DNA of 64,000 nucleotides from Escherichia coli (GTDB lineage Bacteria; Pseudomonadota; Gammaproteobacteria; Enterobacterales; Enterobacteriaceae), in the NCBI RefSeq assembly GCF_045037415.1, contig NZ_CP173440.1; one strand, 5' to 3'. Positions 52,400-62,116 of the stretch are shown one piece after another. The translations under genes were made by a program, and so were the position numbers. The notes under the pieces are model-generated. The model had not been told where the DNA came from. It worked only from the letters and a program-made list of their open reading frames with translations, and did not search any database. Each line of letters opens with the position of its first letter. Position 1 is the first letter of the stretch.

Positions 52400-53520
52400 G
52401 TTTACCCGCCAGCGTTGAGGATGACCACCAGCAGCGACCACGCTTACCCGTCAGCGTTGAGGATGGTCACTGGTATCGCCCCTGTTTACCCGCCAGCGTT
52501 GACGGTGACCACCGACAGCGGCCACGCTTACCCGCCAGCGTTGAGGATGACTACCGGCAGCGGTCCCGTTTACCCGCCAGCGTTGAGGATGACTACCGGC
52601 AGCGGTCCCGTTTACCCGCCAGCGTTGAGGATAGCCACCGTCAGCGGCCACGTTTACCCGCCAGCGTTGAGGATAGCCACCGTCAGCGGCCCCGTTTGCC
52701 CGCCAGCGTTGAGGATGAGCACCGGCAGCGGCCACGTTTACCCGCCAGCGTTGAGGATAGCCACCGTCAGCGGCCACGCTTACCCGCCAGCGTTGAGGAT
52801 AGCTACCGTCAGCGGCCACGCTTACCCGCCAGCGTTGAGGATAGCCACCGTCAGCGGCCACGTTTACCCGCCAGCGTTGAGGATAGCCACCTTCAGCGGC
52901 CACGTTTACCCGCCAGCGTTGAGGATGAGCACCGTCAGCAGCCCCGCTTACCCGCCAGCGTTGAGGATAGCCACCGTCAGCGGCCCCGTTTGCCCGCCAG
53001 CGTTGAGGATGAGCACCTGCAGCGGCCCCGCTTACCCGCCAGCGTTGAGGATGAGCACCGTCAGCAGCCCCGCTTACCCGCCAACGTTGAGGATAAGCAC
53101 CGTCAGCGCCCCCGTTTGCCCGCCAGCGTTGAGGATGAGCACCGGTAGCGGATCCGTTCACCCGCCAGCGTTGAGGATAAGCACCGTCAGCGGTCACGTT
53201 TACCCGCCAGCGTTGAGGATAAGCACCGTCAGCGGTCACGTTTACCCGCCAGCGTTGAGGATGAGCGCCGTCAGTGGATCCGTTTACCCGCCAGCGTTGA
53301 GGATAAGCACCGTCAGCGGTCACGTTTAACCGCCAGCGTTGAGGATGAGCGCCGTCAGTGGATCCGTTTACCCGCCAGCGTTGAGGATAAGCACCGTCAG
53401 CGGTCACGTTTAACCGCCAGCGTTGAGGATGAGCACCGGCAGCGGCCCTGTTTGCCCGCCAGCGTTGAGGATGAGCACCGGTAGCGGATCCGTTTACCCG
53501 CCAGCGTTGAGAATGATTCC
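52400..53520. repeat. Tandem array of ~26 imperfect 42-bp repeats (TTACCCGCCAGCGTTGAGGAT + variable 21 bp); core is the inverse of the origin iteron
   Basis: Periodicity and unit read directly; CCCGCCAGCGTTGA is the reverse complement of the upstream iteron core TCAACGCTGGCGGG. Confidence 0.85.
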
Positions 53521-53702
53521 CCTCCACCGACCCCGGTTACACGCCAGCTTTGACACTACCAGCGACTACAGTCGACATTAAAATCGCCGTGACCTGCTGC
53601 AGCGCGATATACGCCCGGCTGGCATCAAAAGAATTTTAACCAAACAGCACACATCCAGCGGTACAGGAGGCCAGGTTTAACCCGGGGCAGAAACAGATTG
53701 AT

Positions 53703-54770
53703 CTATAGCGACTTGTTAGGATCATTTAGCAAAAACCAATCCCGAAAGGCCTGCTTGCTATCGAAGGTGGGAAGGTTATGTATGGACAAGTTCCAGTTAA
53801 TGATTTTCACTATAAAAGACAAAAATTCAATTTCAGCCTCATTCAGTACACCCTCTCCTTTTTTCCGTATATAGAAGTCATACCATCGTTCGTAGGCGGC
53901 AACATTGATAGATTCAGATGCTTCCAGAAGCCGGGGGATATAATAAACCAGTTCTTCAAAGGCAATACTGCCTTGAGGGATATCAGAACGGCTCAGGCGA
54001 CAAAGAAGGTTAATCGTGGCTCGAAGGTGATGCCACTGCTGTGCCGGGGAGGATGGGAGGGCGTTCATGCTTATCGGAAGTTCATGAGGAATTAAAGCAA
54101 GGATCTGATTTCCACTGGTAGACAGCTCACGCCGGTACTGGTGTAGAGTATGGTGTTTAACCTTCTTCATCATAGGATGGTAGATCCATTTTTTCGCTTC
54201 CTCAGAAACGAAAAGTAACTTTTCTATCGCATCCATCATCTTTATGCCTTCTCCACTCTCACGATATGGAGCGATGATACTTTCAATCCGAACGGCATCG
54301 ATCTCCACCAGCGCCAGCTGGTCTGTTTGCGCTAACAGGTCTGGATTGGGCTGGATATCCTCCGACGTATCATTAATAAATATCCCGATTGTCGTATCGT
54401 TACATATCCCTGTGAGGTCAGCATTAAGGCCACAAACAATCCCACCACCAGCGAGATTTTTGAGGTTAACTATCCCTTTCTCCTTACCCTGCAGAAGATG
54501 AGGGAGAGCAAGGTATTTTTTTTCCTGTATTTTCACCTTTATGTATTTTTTTATATGTTGTAGTGTGAGCTCACTACAAACCCCTTTTACTTCTGTGCTG
54601 TGGCTAAAATGCCATTTTTTATTTTGACCCTGTTTGGCAATCAGGGAGGTCCCACAGATGAGGCAGATACAGTTACACGAAAGCCCATTTTCAACGCTGG
54701 CGATATCAACAATTTTATTTGAATCCGTATCAAATCCAAACGGGATCCATTTTTGTGCATTACGTCGCAT
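53703..54770 (-). CDS. Hypothetical protein with CoiA-like N-terminal zinc-finger/nuclease-related motif
   Basis: 355-aa ORF; N-terminus LSCNCICLICGTSLIAKQGQNKKWHFSHS resembles the CoiA family CxxC...HFxH signature. Confidence 0.45.
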   Translation of the reverse strand: MRRNAQKWIPFGFDTDSNKIVDIASVENGLSCNCICLICGTSLIAKQGQNKKWHFSHSTEVKGVCSELTLQHIKKYIKVKIQEKKYLALPHLLQGKEKGIVNLKNLAGGGIVCGLNADLTGICNDTTIGIFINDTSEDIQPNPDLLAQTDQLALVEIDAVRIESIIAPYRESGEGIKMMDAIEKLLFVSEEAKKWIYHPMMKKVKHHTLHQYRRELSTSGNQILALIPHELPISMNALPSSPAQQWHHLRATINLLCRLSRSDIPQGSIAFEELVYYIPRLLEASESINVAAYERWYDFYIRKKGEGVLNEAEIEFLSFIVKIINWNLSIHNLPTFDSKQAFRDWFLLNDPNKSL

Positions 54771-54855
54771 GTATATTCCTCGTTAAAAATGAGTAAAGGA
54801 ATTCTACATCATCCGTTTTTATCAAACCTGGAATAACAGCGTCTAATTACATTAT

Positions 54856-55110
54856 TCATATCTCATCGGGGATGAGATGCCACATGGAAGCAGGTATTTT
54901 GTCATAGTTTTTTTTCATGTAGATCTCAGCCCTGCGGTGATCATAAGCTCCGTTCAGGCTGGTTATCTTATTCATATCCCCACCTTCATCATTTAATTTA
55001 TCCAGGATACGCTCAAACACTCGGTCAAGGGTTTCAGTCGTACTGCACTTTCTGAACTTCAGGAGATAGGTTTCTCTCAGGCTACTGTGCGCATTTGGGC
55101 TTTTCAACAA
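54856..55110 (-). CDS. Small hypothetical protein
   Basis: 84-aa ORF, no recognisable family. Confidence 0.35.
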   Translation of the reverse strand: MLKSPNAHSSLRETYLLKFRKCSTTETLDRVFERILDKLNDEGGDMNKITSLNGAYDHRRAEIYMKKNYDKIPASMWHLIPDEI

Positions 55111-55259
55111 CGACGCTCCGGGGCATGTTCAAAAACACTGGCTATTTTCGAAAACAGTAAACGAAGTTCCACGCACAGGCAAGAGAAGCCATTTGATTAA
55201 TTCACGTTCTGCCTGGATTTGAAAAAAAACAATGTTACTATACTGGCTATAAAAACAGT

Positions 55260-57190
55260 GTGCGCCGGGGAACCGGTTAGAGATCAAGGGGTGAAAGTCC
55301 CCGACCATTGAAGGACCAGCAATCCACAAGGTCCCCGAGTCATGCGTTGCATACCGCGAGGTATGGGGCGAAGCGTTGACAGGGGTGTTGACAGGCCAGC
55401 CATTGAGCCACGAAATGTATATTAAATTACCGGGTGCCGACGTTGTACTGTTAACGGAAGGCAACATCATAGGGTGCGATACTGCGAGTGCCACATGGAC
55501 CCGGCGGGGTCTGAGACCCTGGCATGTCAATACGATCTCTACGCGGGAACCGGGAGATCTCCCCTCTGACCATCTGCCAGTGTCGGAGATGGCCCGCACC
55601 GGGAAGACGAGGAGTCATAGCCGGTGATGTACGGAGAGGAGAAGTCGGACTCGCTCATAGTAGCGGCGAAGCAGGCGAACAACCCGAAAGGAGCGGAGTC
55701 AGTGGAGCGAAGGAGCGGGGCCAAGGGGAACGCGGAACAGCCACACATGCGCCGGACACAGAGCCGGGAAAGCATGTCACAGAGGCTGTCACGCGTGCGG
55801 GAAGCTGCGAAGCAGCGGAAGAAAGAACGGTTTACAGCATTGTTCCACCTGCTGACAGTCGAAGCACTGGAAGCCGCATTCCTCTCCCTGAGCAGGAAAG
55901 CGGCCGCCGGAGTGGATGGCATCAGGTGGATGGACTACGCCGGAAACATGAAGAACAACATAACAGATCTGCACCGGAGGCTACATCAGGGCAGCTACAG
56001 GGCGCAGCCCGGCAGGCGTCACTACATCCCAAAAGCGGATGGAAAACAACGCCCGCTCGGCATCGCCTCGCTGGAGGACAAGATCGTCCAGTATGCGCTG
56101 GTGAAAATCCTGAACGCAGTCTATGAAAACGACTTTATGGGGTTCTCATACGGGTTCAGACCCGGGCGAAGCCAGCACGATGCACTGGACGCACTGGCCA
56201 CAGGGCTGGTACGCACTAACGTAAACTGGGTACTGGATGCCGACATCAGTCAGTTCTTCGACAGGGTGAGCCACGAATGGCTGATCAGGTTCACAGAGCA
56301 TCGGATCGGCGACCGGAGGGTAATCAGGCTCATACGTAAGTGGCTCACAGCCGGGACGTCGGAGGAGGGTCAATGGCGAGCAACGGAGGAAGGCACCCCA
56401 CAGGGTGCGGTCATCTCACCGCTGCTGGCAAACATATACCTCCACTACGTCTTCGATCTGTGGGCGCATCAGTGGCGACGTCGCTATGCCACAGGCAATG
56501 TGGTAATGGTCAGATACGCCGATGACATCGTCATCGGGTTCGACAAACGATACGATGCCCGGCGCTTCCGTATAGCCATGCAGCGCAAACTGAGGGAGTT
56601 CGGACTCACGGTTCACCCGGAGAAAACCCGTCTGATGGAGTTCGGCCGCTTCGCTGCCGAAAACCGTGCCATCAGGGGAAAAGGCAAACCAGAAACGTTC
56701 AACTTCCTCGGGTTCACGCACATCAGCGGGAAAGATCGCAACGGCAGGTTCATGCTGATACGAAAGACCCGCCGGGATCGGATGACGGCAACTCTGAAAG
56801 CCATCAAAGACGGTCTGCGAAGGCGCTGGCATTACTCAATCCCCGAACAGGGAAAATGGCTCAGGAGAGTGGTTCAGGGATACCTGAACTATCACTCGGT
56901 ACCGGGCAACTTCCCCACCATGCAGAAGTTCAGGACACACGTAACAAACCTCTGGCGCCGGGCGCTCAGGCGCAGGAGCCAGAAGGATGATACGACCTGG
57001 ACGAAAGCAAACAAACTGGCAGCCGCATGGCTACCAAGGGTTCGGGTTCTTCATCCATGGCCTGTGGAGCGGTTCACCGCCAGACACCCGAGGCAGGAGC
57101 CCGGTGCGTAAATCGCGCACGCCGGGATCTGTGCGGGGGGTATCCGGTAACGGGTATCCCTACCGCGACATCAGTGAAAAGACATGAGAT
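55260..57190 (+). mobile_element. Group II intron (starts GTGCGCC) encoding an RT/maturase; 3' end approximate (within ~30 bp)
   Basis: 5' GTGCGCC at 55260; intron-encoded protein with RT domains 0-7 and X; ~80 nt follow the RT stop, as expected for domains V-VI. Confidence 0.7.
55624..57111 (+). CDS. Group II intron-encoded reverse transcriptase/maturase, no endonuclease domain; N-terminal start uncertain
   Basis: AAGVDG, PLGIASLEDKIVQ, SYGFRPGRSQHDAL, DADISQFFDRVSHEWL, PQGAVISPLLANIYL and YADDIVI motifs. Confidence 0.9.
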   Translation: MMYGEEKSDSLIVAAKQANNPKGAESVERRSGAKGNAEQPHMRRTQSRESMSQRLSRVREAAKQRKKERFTALFHLLTVEALEAAFLSLSRKAAAGVDGIRWMDYAGNMKNNITDLHRRLHQGSYRAQPGRRHYIPKADGKQRPLGIASLEDKIVQYALVKILNAVYENDFMGFSYGFRPGRSQHDALDALATGLVRTNVNWVLDADISQFFDRVSHEWLIRFTEHRIGDRRVIRLIRKWLTAGTSEEGQWRATEEGTPQGAVISPLLANIYLHYVFDLWAHQWRRRYATGNVVMVRYADDIVIGFDKRYDARRFRIAMQRKLREFGLTVHPEKTRLMEFGRFAAENRAIRGKGKPETFNFLGFTHISGKDRNGRFMLIRKTRRDRMTATLKAIKDGLRRRWHYSIPEQGKWLRRVVQGYLNYHSVPGNFPTMQKFRTHVTNLWRRALRRRSQKDDTTWTKANKLAAAWLPRVRVLHPWPVERFTARHPRQEPGA

Positions 57191-57196
57191 CTTCCC

Positions 57197-58333
57197 ATGA
57201 CAGATAAAACCAAACTGGTTGCTATCTCACGAACCGATGACATAAGTGCTCTGGATGCACTCAAGCTGTTGCGGTTTCGCCGGTACAATACGGCCAGAAG
57301 TCAGTTAAGGGTCACGAGTGTCTGGTCTGCATGGTGCGCCAGGCACGGTCTGACCCCCTTCCCGGTCACAGCGGTTGATGTCGAGCGCTATATTAATGGG
57401 CTGAATGGATCCGTTAAAATGGCGACTATCTCTCATTTTATTGCATGCCTTTCAAGCGTTAACAGCAGCCTGGGTTTTCCAGACTTCCGCAACGTTCTGA
57501 TAAAAGCACTGGTTCAGGTATGGCGGGCGCGGGAGAATGAGAAAAAAATCGTCACCGGTCAGGCCCTTCCATTTCTTATATCCGATCTCAATATTCTTCG
57601 CCGGTCGCTGCATAAAAGCGACGACCTGAGAGACATACGGGACCTTGCAATGATATGGGTTGGGTTTGAAACCCTGCTGCGTAACGTGGAAATTCGAAGG
57701 ATTAAAACCGGCGACCTGAAATGGCAAAATGACACGTCCTGTTACCTTCTGGATGTCATGCGGACCAAGACAAGCCTTTCAAGTAACCTGACATTTCAGC
57801 TCTCACCACAATGCAGTCAGCATGTCAGACGGTTGATTGAGACGGTGGAATACACCGATACCGAAACCTTCGGGCACCGTTTTCTTTTTCAGCCTGTAAA
57901 CATCCATACGAACCGATATTTCCCGTCCACCAGCAGTAAGCTATCCCGGGGTAAATCCATAGACAGGATGCTGGTCAAAGCAGGATTCAGTGAGGGGTTA
58001 CTGACGCAGTTACAGAATGAATCAAAGGTATCACGGGAAGATGTTGGAATGCTGTCCTCTAATTCACTGAACCAGGCATTTGCACGCCTCTGGGGGATTG
58101 CCGGGAAGGTCAGCGACAGTAACCGACAGTCCGGGCGGTACCGGACATGGACAGGACACAGTGTGCGTGTGGGGGGAGCCATAGAGCTGTTTAAGGCCGG
58201 GTACTCACTGGAAAAGATTACCGAGATGGGGAACTGGTCTGATCCAAAGATGGTCTTCCGTTATATCCGTGGATATCTTGCCAGTGAAAAAGCCATGGTA
58301 AGCTTTATGCGTAATCATCTGGACGACATATAG
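57197..58333 (+). CDS. Cre-like tyrosine site-specific recombinase
   Basis: 378-aa product; C-terminus GHSVRVGGAIELFKAGYSLEKITEMGNWSDPKMVFRYIR parallels the Cre catalytic H-x-x-R...W...Y region. Confidence 0.6.
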   Translation: MTDKTKLVAISRTDDISALDALKLLRFRRYNTARSQLRVTSVWSAWCARHGLTPFPVTAVDVERYINGLNGSVKMATISHFIACLSSVNSSLGFPDFRNVLIKALVQVWRARENEKKIVTGQALPFLISDLNILRRSLHKSDDLRDIRDLAMIWVGFETLLRNVEIRRIKTGDLKWQNDTSCYLLDVMRTKTSLSSNLTFQLSPQCSQHVRRLIETVEYTDTETFGHRFLFQPVNIHTNRYFPSTSSKLSRGKSIDRMLVKAGFSEGLLTQLQNESKVSREDVGMLSSNSLNQAFARLWGIAGKVSDSNRQSGRYRTWTGHSVRVGGAIELFKAGYSLEKITEMGNWSDPKMVFRYIRGYLASEKAMVSFMRNHLDDI

Positions 58334-58398
58334 ATTTTACTGAGAGAAACGCCAGCACTCAGCAACATGTTTCTGAGCGCTGGTCACTTATGAACTTT

Positions 58399-58716
58399 TC
58401 AGATATTCAGTTCTTTCAAATCTGTCACAACAAAATCCCCTTTTCCTGAAAGACTGTCAAAATCATCGAGTGTAAATTCATGGGTGTGATACCAAATGAC
58501 CCTGCATGTGGGGCAGGTAACAGGTAACAAATCTTCCGCTAACTTTTCGCTGTTATGGATAACCTCACCCATCTCGTTATGTTCGACAATATAACCACTT
58601 ATGCAAAGGGTTTCGTACCCATGAGCACCGGTAACAATATGGGTTGCTGTTCTCTCACGAATTTCCCCATTAATTTTAATCTGCTCTCGAGTGGTAATCG
58701 TTCTTTTATTATTCAT
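58399..58716 (-). CDS. Hypothetical protein (105 aa, CPTC motif)
   Basis: ORF only. Confidence 0.35.
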   Translation of the reverse strand: MNNKRTITTREQIKINGEIRERTATHIVTGAHGYETLCISGYIVEHNEMGEVIHNSEKLAEDLLPVTCPTCRVIWYHTHEFTLDDFDSLSGKGDFVVTDLKELNI

Positions 58717-58867
58717 GAAAACTCCGGATGATATTTAAAAACGGCTGACATTGCTCCCTGCTTCGGAATAATTGTGAAGGCAGCCAGGAAACCTGAAAAT
58801 ATGTTACCCTGTGCCTGAATCAGTTCTGGTGCGTCTCACGAATGAAAATGAGAGGCGATATCATGGA

Positions 58868-59191
58868 TTATCCTTTTTGAGCAGCTTTTTCTTCTTTTCT
58901 TTGTTTTTTTAATCTCCGTTTTGCCCGGAAATTTGCAACGGTATAGAGAGTGACAGATGCAATGAAATTCACCAGTGCAGCAAACTCTACTGCCAGATTG
59001 ATCACGGCAGGTTTGACAGGAAGCCAGAGTGAGACAAGGAGAAGGAGGAACGATGTGATACACCGTAAGGCGTGTACATTAGAGCCTCCACTCTGGTTAA
59101 TCATACCCGTACCGGAACAGATTTTGTTTGTCAGATAATTTAATCCGAATGCACAAACAGCAGTTACTAACAAGAAAATAGCGTAAGTCAT
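58868..59191 (-). CDS. Hypothetical small membrane protein (2-3 predicted TM helices, basic C-terminus)
   Basis: Hydrophobic segments in the ORF translation. Confidence 0.4.
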   Translation of the reverse strand: MTYAIFLLVTAVCAFGLNYLTNKICSGTGMINQSGGSNVHALRCITSFLLLLVSLWLPVKPAVINLAVEFAALVNFIASVTLYTVANFRAKRRLKKQRKEEKAAQKG

Positions 59192-59946
59192 TTTTCCTCC
59201 AGAGGCTTTAATCTTAATTTGACCACGTTAACCAGTTTCATTACTCCCGCCTCATCCGGTACGAAAATGTAACGACATCTCGGCCATGTCGCGTGTGTAA
59301 ATATCTTACCAGCGGTGTTGATATTCAGAGGCATAAGCCTTTCAGTCTTACTCAACGGCATTTTCTCTATCGGGATCAACCCTGACTTAAAACTTTTTAT
59401 CATTAAGTCGAGAGGGGTTTTACAATCTTTATTGCTCATCGTTTCTGTGTAACGGATCATCCCGGCAATCGTTACCTGTATCGTTCCTATATCAGATTCG
59501 AATTTCGGCAGCACCGGCCAGTAAGGAATTTCAAAATCCACACTGGTAAGCGCCTGTTCGTAACCCTGCTCATTTGTTTCTGCAACCGTTTTAAGGCCTG
59601 GAAACCGGGCGTGCATAAATTTGATAATCTTTACCACATTGGGCGTGCTGGCCTGACGCTGATATATCTCTGGCAGCCATGTGGACGTGGTGGCCCATGT
59701 CGTGGTGCATGCATAAGTTTTTTGCTCCATATGCCATAAAATAGAGGTGTCAGCCAGGAAGTGATGAACAGTCAACAGCTCGGCCAGCAGCCGATCTTCA
59801 TCTGGATGTGTTATGGCATTTTTGAAACAGACCTGTACACGAAAACGTTCTTTTGCAGACAGAAAAGTGTTTCCCCTACTGACGGCCACTTTGTATAACC
59901 TCCTGGCCGGATCAGCTTCACAAATCCCGGTTAAAATCCGGCTCAT
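59188..59946 (-). CDS. Hypothetical protein (252 aa), translationally coupled to the upstream gene
   Basis: Start overlaps the stop of 59943-60902 by 4 bp. Confidence 0.45.
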   Translation of the reverse strand: MSRILTGICEADPARRLYKVAVSRGNTFLSAKERFRVQVCFKNAITHPDEDRLLAELLTVHHFLADTSILWHMEQKTYACTTTWATTSTWLPEIYQRQASTPNVVKIIKFMHARFPGLKTVAETNEQGYEQALTSVDFEIPYWPVLPKFESDIGTIQVTIAGMIRYTETMSNKDCKTPLDLMIKSFKSGLIPIEKMPLSKTERLMPLNINTAGKIFTHATWPRCRYIFVPDEAGVMKLVNVVKLRLKPLEEK

Positions 59947-60902
59947 TTTGACTCCCTGATGACTTCCACCAGCCCTATACGGGGCAGGACAGAACGATAT
60001 TTTTCATTAAAATCGCCGCGCTTCTGCCTTTCACCTTTTACGTAATTTTTTAACGGATTAAACCGGCCCGGTTCGCTGAACAAAATTAATGGTAAAGGCG
60101 CGCGAAAGTTGAGTTTGTACGGCCCATGAACATCATCTGGATCTTCAGGACTGGTGTACCGGATATTGACGTTAACAGCCGGAAAGTTACTTTCCCGGAT
60201 AAGCCGAAATTTTCTCAAATTTTCATCGTCATGACTCACTTCATCATTGAGCAACGACAGCATCATGATTTCTTCGGTTCGTTCCTGTTTCAGCCGTTTA
60301 ACATCCTGTTTTGTCAGACTGATATCCGGCTGGAGCTCAGTTATCTCCCTGCGTAAGCGGTCGATAACCGTTTCCAGCCGGGTAAATTTATGAATGACAG
60401 GGATTTGCCAGGTGAACCCCAGGGAGCGAATTTGCTCAGTAACGATCCGGATATTACGGGACACCTGTAAAGTCACCAGCCACGGGTAAACCTGGTGCAG
60501 AATTTCTGACCGGGAGTCCTGGTAATGAGTGATAGCTTTTACAGCATCAGCAAATTTGTCACGAAGCCGGTTGATTTCACCCACCAGCGACATCACCTGA
60601 TCATGATTGTTTCTGACCACAACGAACCCGGGGTATTTTCGGGTGATTTTGGTTGAATAATGCTCATCCCTGACATGGACTTTATCAACCCGCTGCTGCC
60701 GGTAAATATCCACCAGGGTGTCGACGTCGGGTACCGAATGAGTCACATTGATTTCCTGTGGCGGATTCAACTCCTCAACACTACGGGGCTCCGGGAGCGA
60801 GGCAAGGTAAGATGAGCCGATATCGCTGTGACGGAGTAAACTGTGCAGCTCACCGAGTTTGCGTAGTTGCTCTTCGTTGTAATGGGCAAAGTCAGTATTC
60901 AT
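59943..60902 (-). CDS. Hypothetical protein with weak Tus-like (replication terminus-binding) similarity
   Basis: 319-aa product; C-terminal blocks APLPLILFSE and YRSVLPRIGLVEV resemble Tus PTPLIALIN and LRLIIPRLHLY; from memory, not searched. Confidence 0.4.
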   Translation of the reverse strand: MNTDFAHYNEEQLRKLGELHSLLRHSDIGSSYLASLPEPRSVEELNPPQEINVTHSVPDVDTLVDIYRQQRVDKVHVRDEHYSTKITRKYPGFVVVRNNHDQVMSLVGEINRLRDKFADAVKAITHYQDSRSEILHQVYPWLVTLQVSRNIRIVTEQIRSLGFTWQIPVIHKFTRLETVIDRLRREITELQPDISLTKQDVKRLKQERTEEIMMLSLLNDEVSHDDENLRKFRLIRESNFPAVNVNIRYTSPEDPDDVHGPYKLNFRAPLPLILFSEPGRFNPLKNYVKGERQKRGDFNEKYRSVLPRIGLVEVIRESK

Positions 60903-60944
60903 ATCGTCTCCCGTATCGTATTCCTGAACGTGCGACGGTAATCG

Positions 60945-61352
60945 TTAAACAAACTCTGGTAAAGACTTAAACGTCAGCCATACAGGCTGGCGTCGCCCGT
61001 CCCTGCATACTCTGACGAGGCGATAACGGTTTTTCTCCATCGTGACCAGCCAGTACCCATCGGAGACAGGGCGATCGAGAGTGAACAGTTTTAACCCGTA
61101 AAAACCCATCGAGGTAAACAGACGCCCTTCCCGCTCCCGGAAAGAGACCGTAAAGGACGGGAACAGAAGCCAGAATGCAGTGAAGAAAACATACCAGGTA
61201 TACGGAACAGTCAGTTGTAGAATTTCATAGTTCCTGACGGTAGCTGTGACCAGGCCAAGGCTGAATACAGCAGCAATGCTGGCATATACTTTGAAAGACG
61301 CGCTATCGGAGTTTTTCCAGGTAATACCACTAATACAATGCACTTTGCTCAT
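60945..61352 (-). CDS. Hypothetical membrane protein (135 aa)
   Basis: Hydrophobic segments AAVFSLGLVTATV and WYVFFTAFWLLFPSF. Confidence 0.4.
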   Translation of the reverse strand: MSKVHCISGITWKNSDSASFKVYASIAAVFSLGLVTATVRNYEILQLTVPYTWYVFFTAFWLLFPSFTVSFREREGRLFTSMGFYGLKLFTLDRPVSDGYWLVTMEKNRYRLVRVCRDGRRQPVWLTFKSLPEFV

Positions 61353-61361
61353 CGCCTTGCC

Positions 61362-61826
61362 TCAATGTAGTTGTCTGCGCACTTTCATCCGGGGAAGAAT
61401 TTCTTTCTCCCACAGAGACCTTGCATTCCCATGCCCCCCCAGGAGTTGCATAGCACAAACCCTGTTAAACACAGTTACTTCTTTCCTGATTGCCTGGGTT
61501 TGGCTGTCTGTGAGCTCAATGCATTCCGGTACCAACTGCATAACACCGTTCATCATTTCGGCCTTTATGAGGCCTGGACCGTCTTTTGGGTCGGCCTCAC
61601 AGGATTCCTTTACATTAAACCCGAATGAACAAAGAAGCTGGCCCTGTGCCTTAGGCCCCATCTGGACCCCCCGGCTATCGACGGTAAAGCGGACGATCGC
61701 GTAATCCCCTCCCTGATCGCTGGTTATGTTTCTTACCAGCATGCTGACCGGAGTCATATGAAGCCAGCTGTAGATACCCAAAACAATTTCTTCTTTTAAA
61801 ATCATATTCAATTTACTGGTTCTCAT
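61362..61826 (-). CDS. Hypothetical protein (154 aa)
   Basis: ORF only. Confidence 0.35.
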   Translation of the reverse strand: MRTSKLNMILKEEIVLGIYSWLHMTPVSMLVRNITSDQGGDYAIVRFTVDSRGVQMGPKAQGQLLCSFGFNVKESCEADPKDGPGLIKAEMMNGVMQLVPECIELTDSQTQAIRKEVTVFNRVCAMQLLGGHGNARSLWEKEILPRMKVRRQLH

Positions 61827-61873
61827 TTTCTAATTTATGAATATGAAAACATAAAAAAAAGCTCTGTAAAGCC

Positions 61874-62116
61874 CTAATCTGTAGAAAGCAAAGGTTTGGT
61901 GGCTTTTAACTTGTACTCAATAAAAATTCCGGCTGCATCTGCAGCTGTTATTTCAGACAATATGGCATCAATGATTTCCGGCTCCGTGATGTTATTGAAC
62001 CCCTGCTTACGAACCATCTCTTTAACGCACTCAAAACGTCGGGCTGTTGCCGGGTCGATGACAAATGTATTTAGATGCACATCTTCGCATACGCCAGACG
62101 TCTCATTTAGTTTCAT
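61874..62116 (-). CDS. Hypothetical protein (~80 aa from the internal Met; ORF-track entry extends to 62179)
   Basis: ORF only; the shorter start avoids a long overlap with the upstream gene. Confidence 0.3.
   Translation of the reverse strand: MKLNETSGVCEDVHLNTFVIDPATARRFECVKEMVRKQGFNNITEPEIIDAILSEITAADAAGIFIEYKLKATKPLLSTD

Noticed and set aside
52400-53520. Possible CRISPR array
   Set aside because: Units are contiguous tandem repeats with no unique spacers and no cas genes nearby.
52415-53527. Long ORFs on both strands across the 42-bp repeats (304 and 358 aa repetitive peptides)
   Set aside because: The open frames are a by-product of a 14-codon repeat unit with no stops; the unit carries the repA iteron core, so a non-coding iteron array is the simpler reading. 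Translation cannot be excluded without data.
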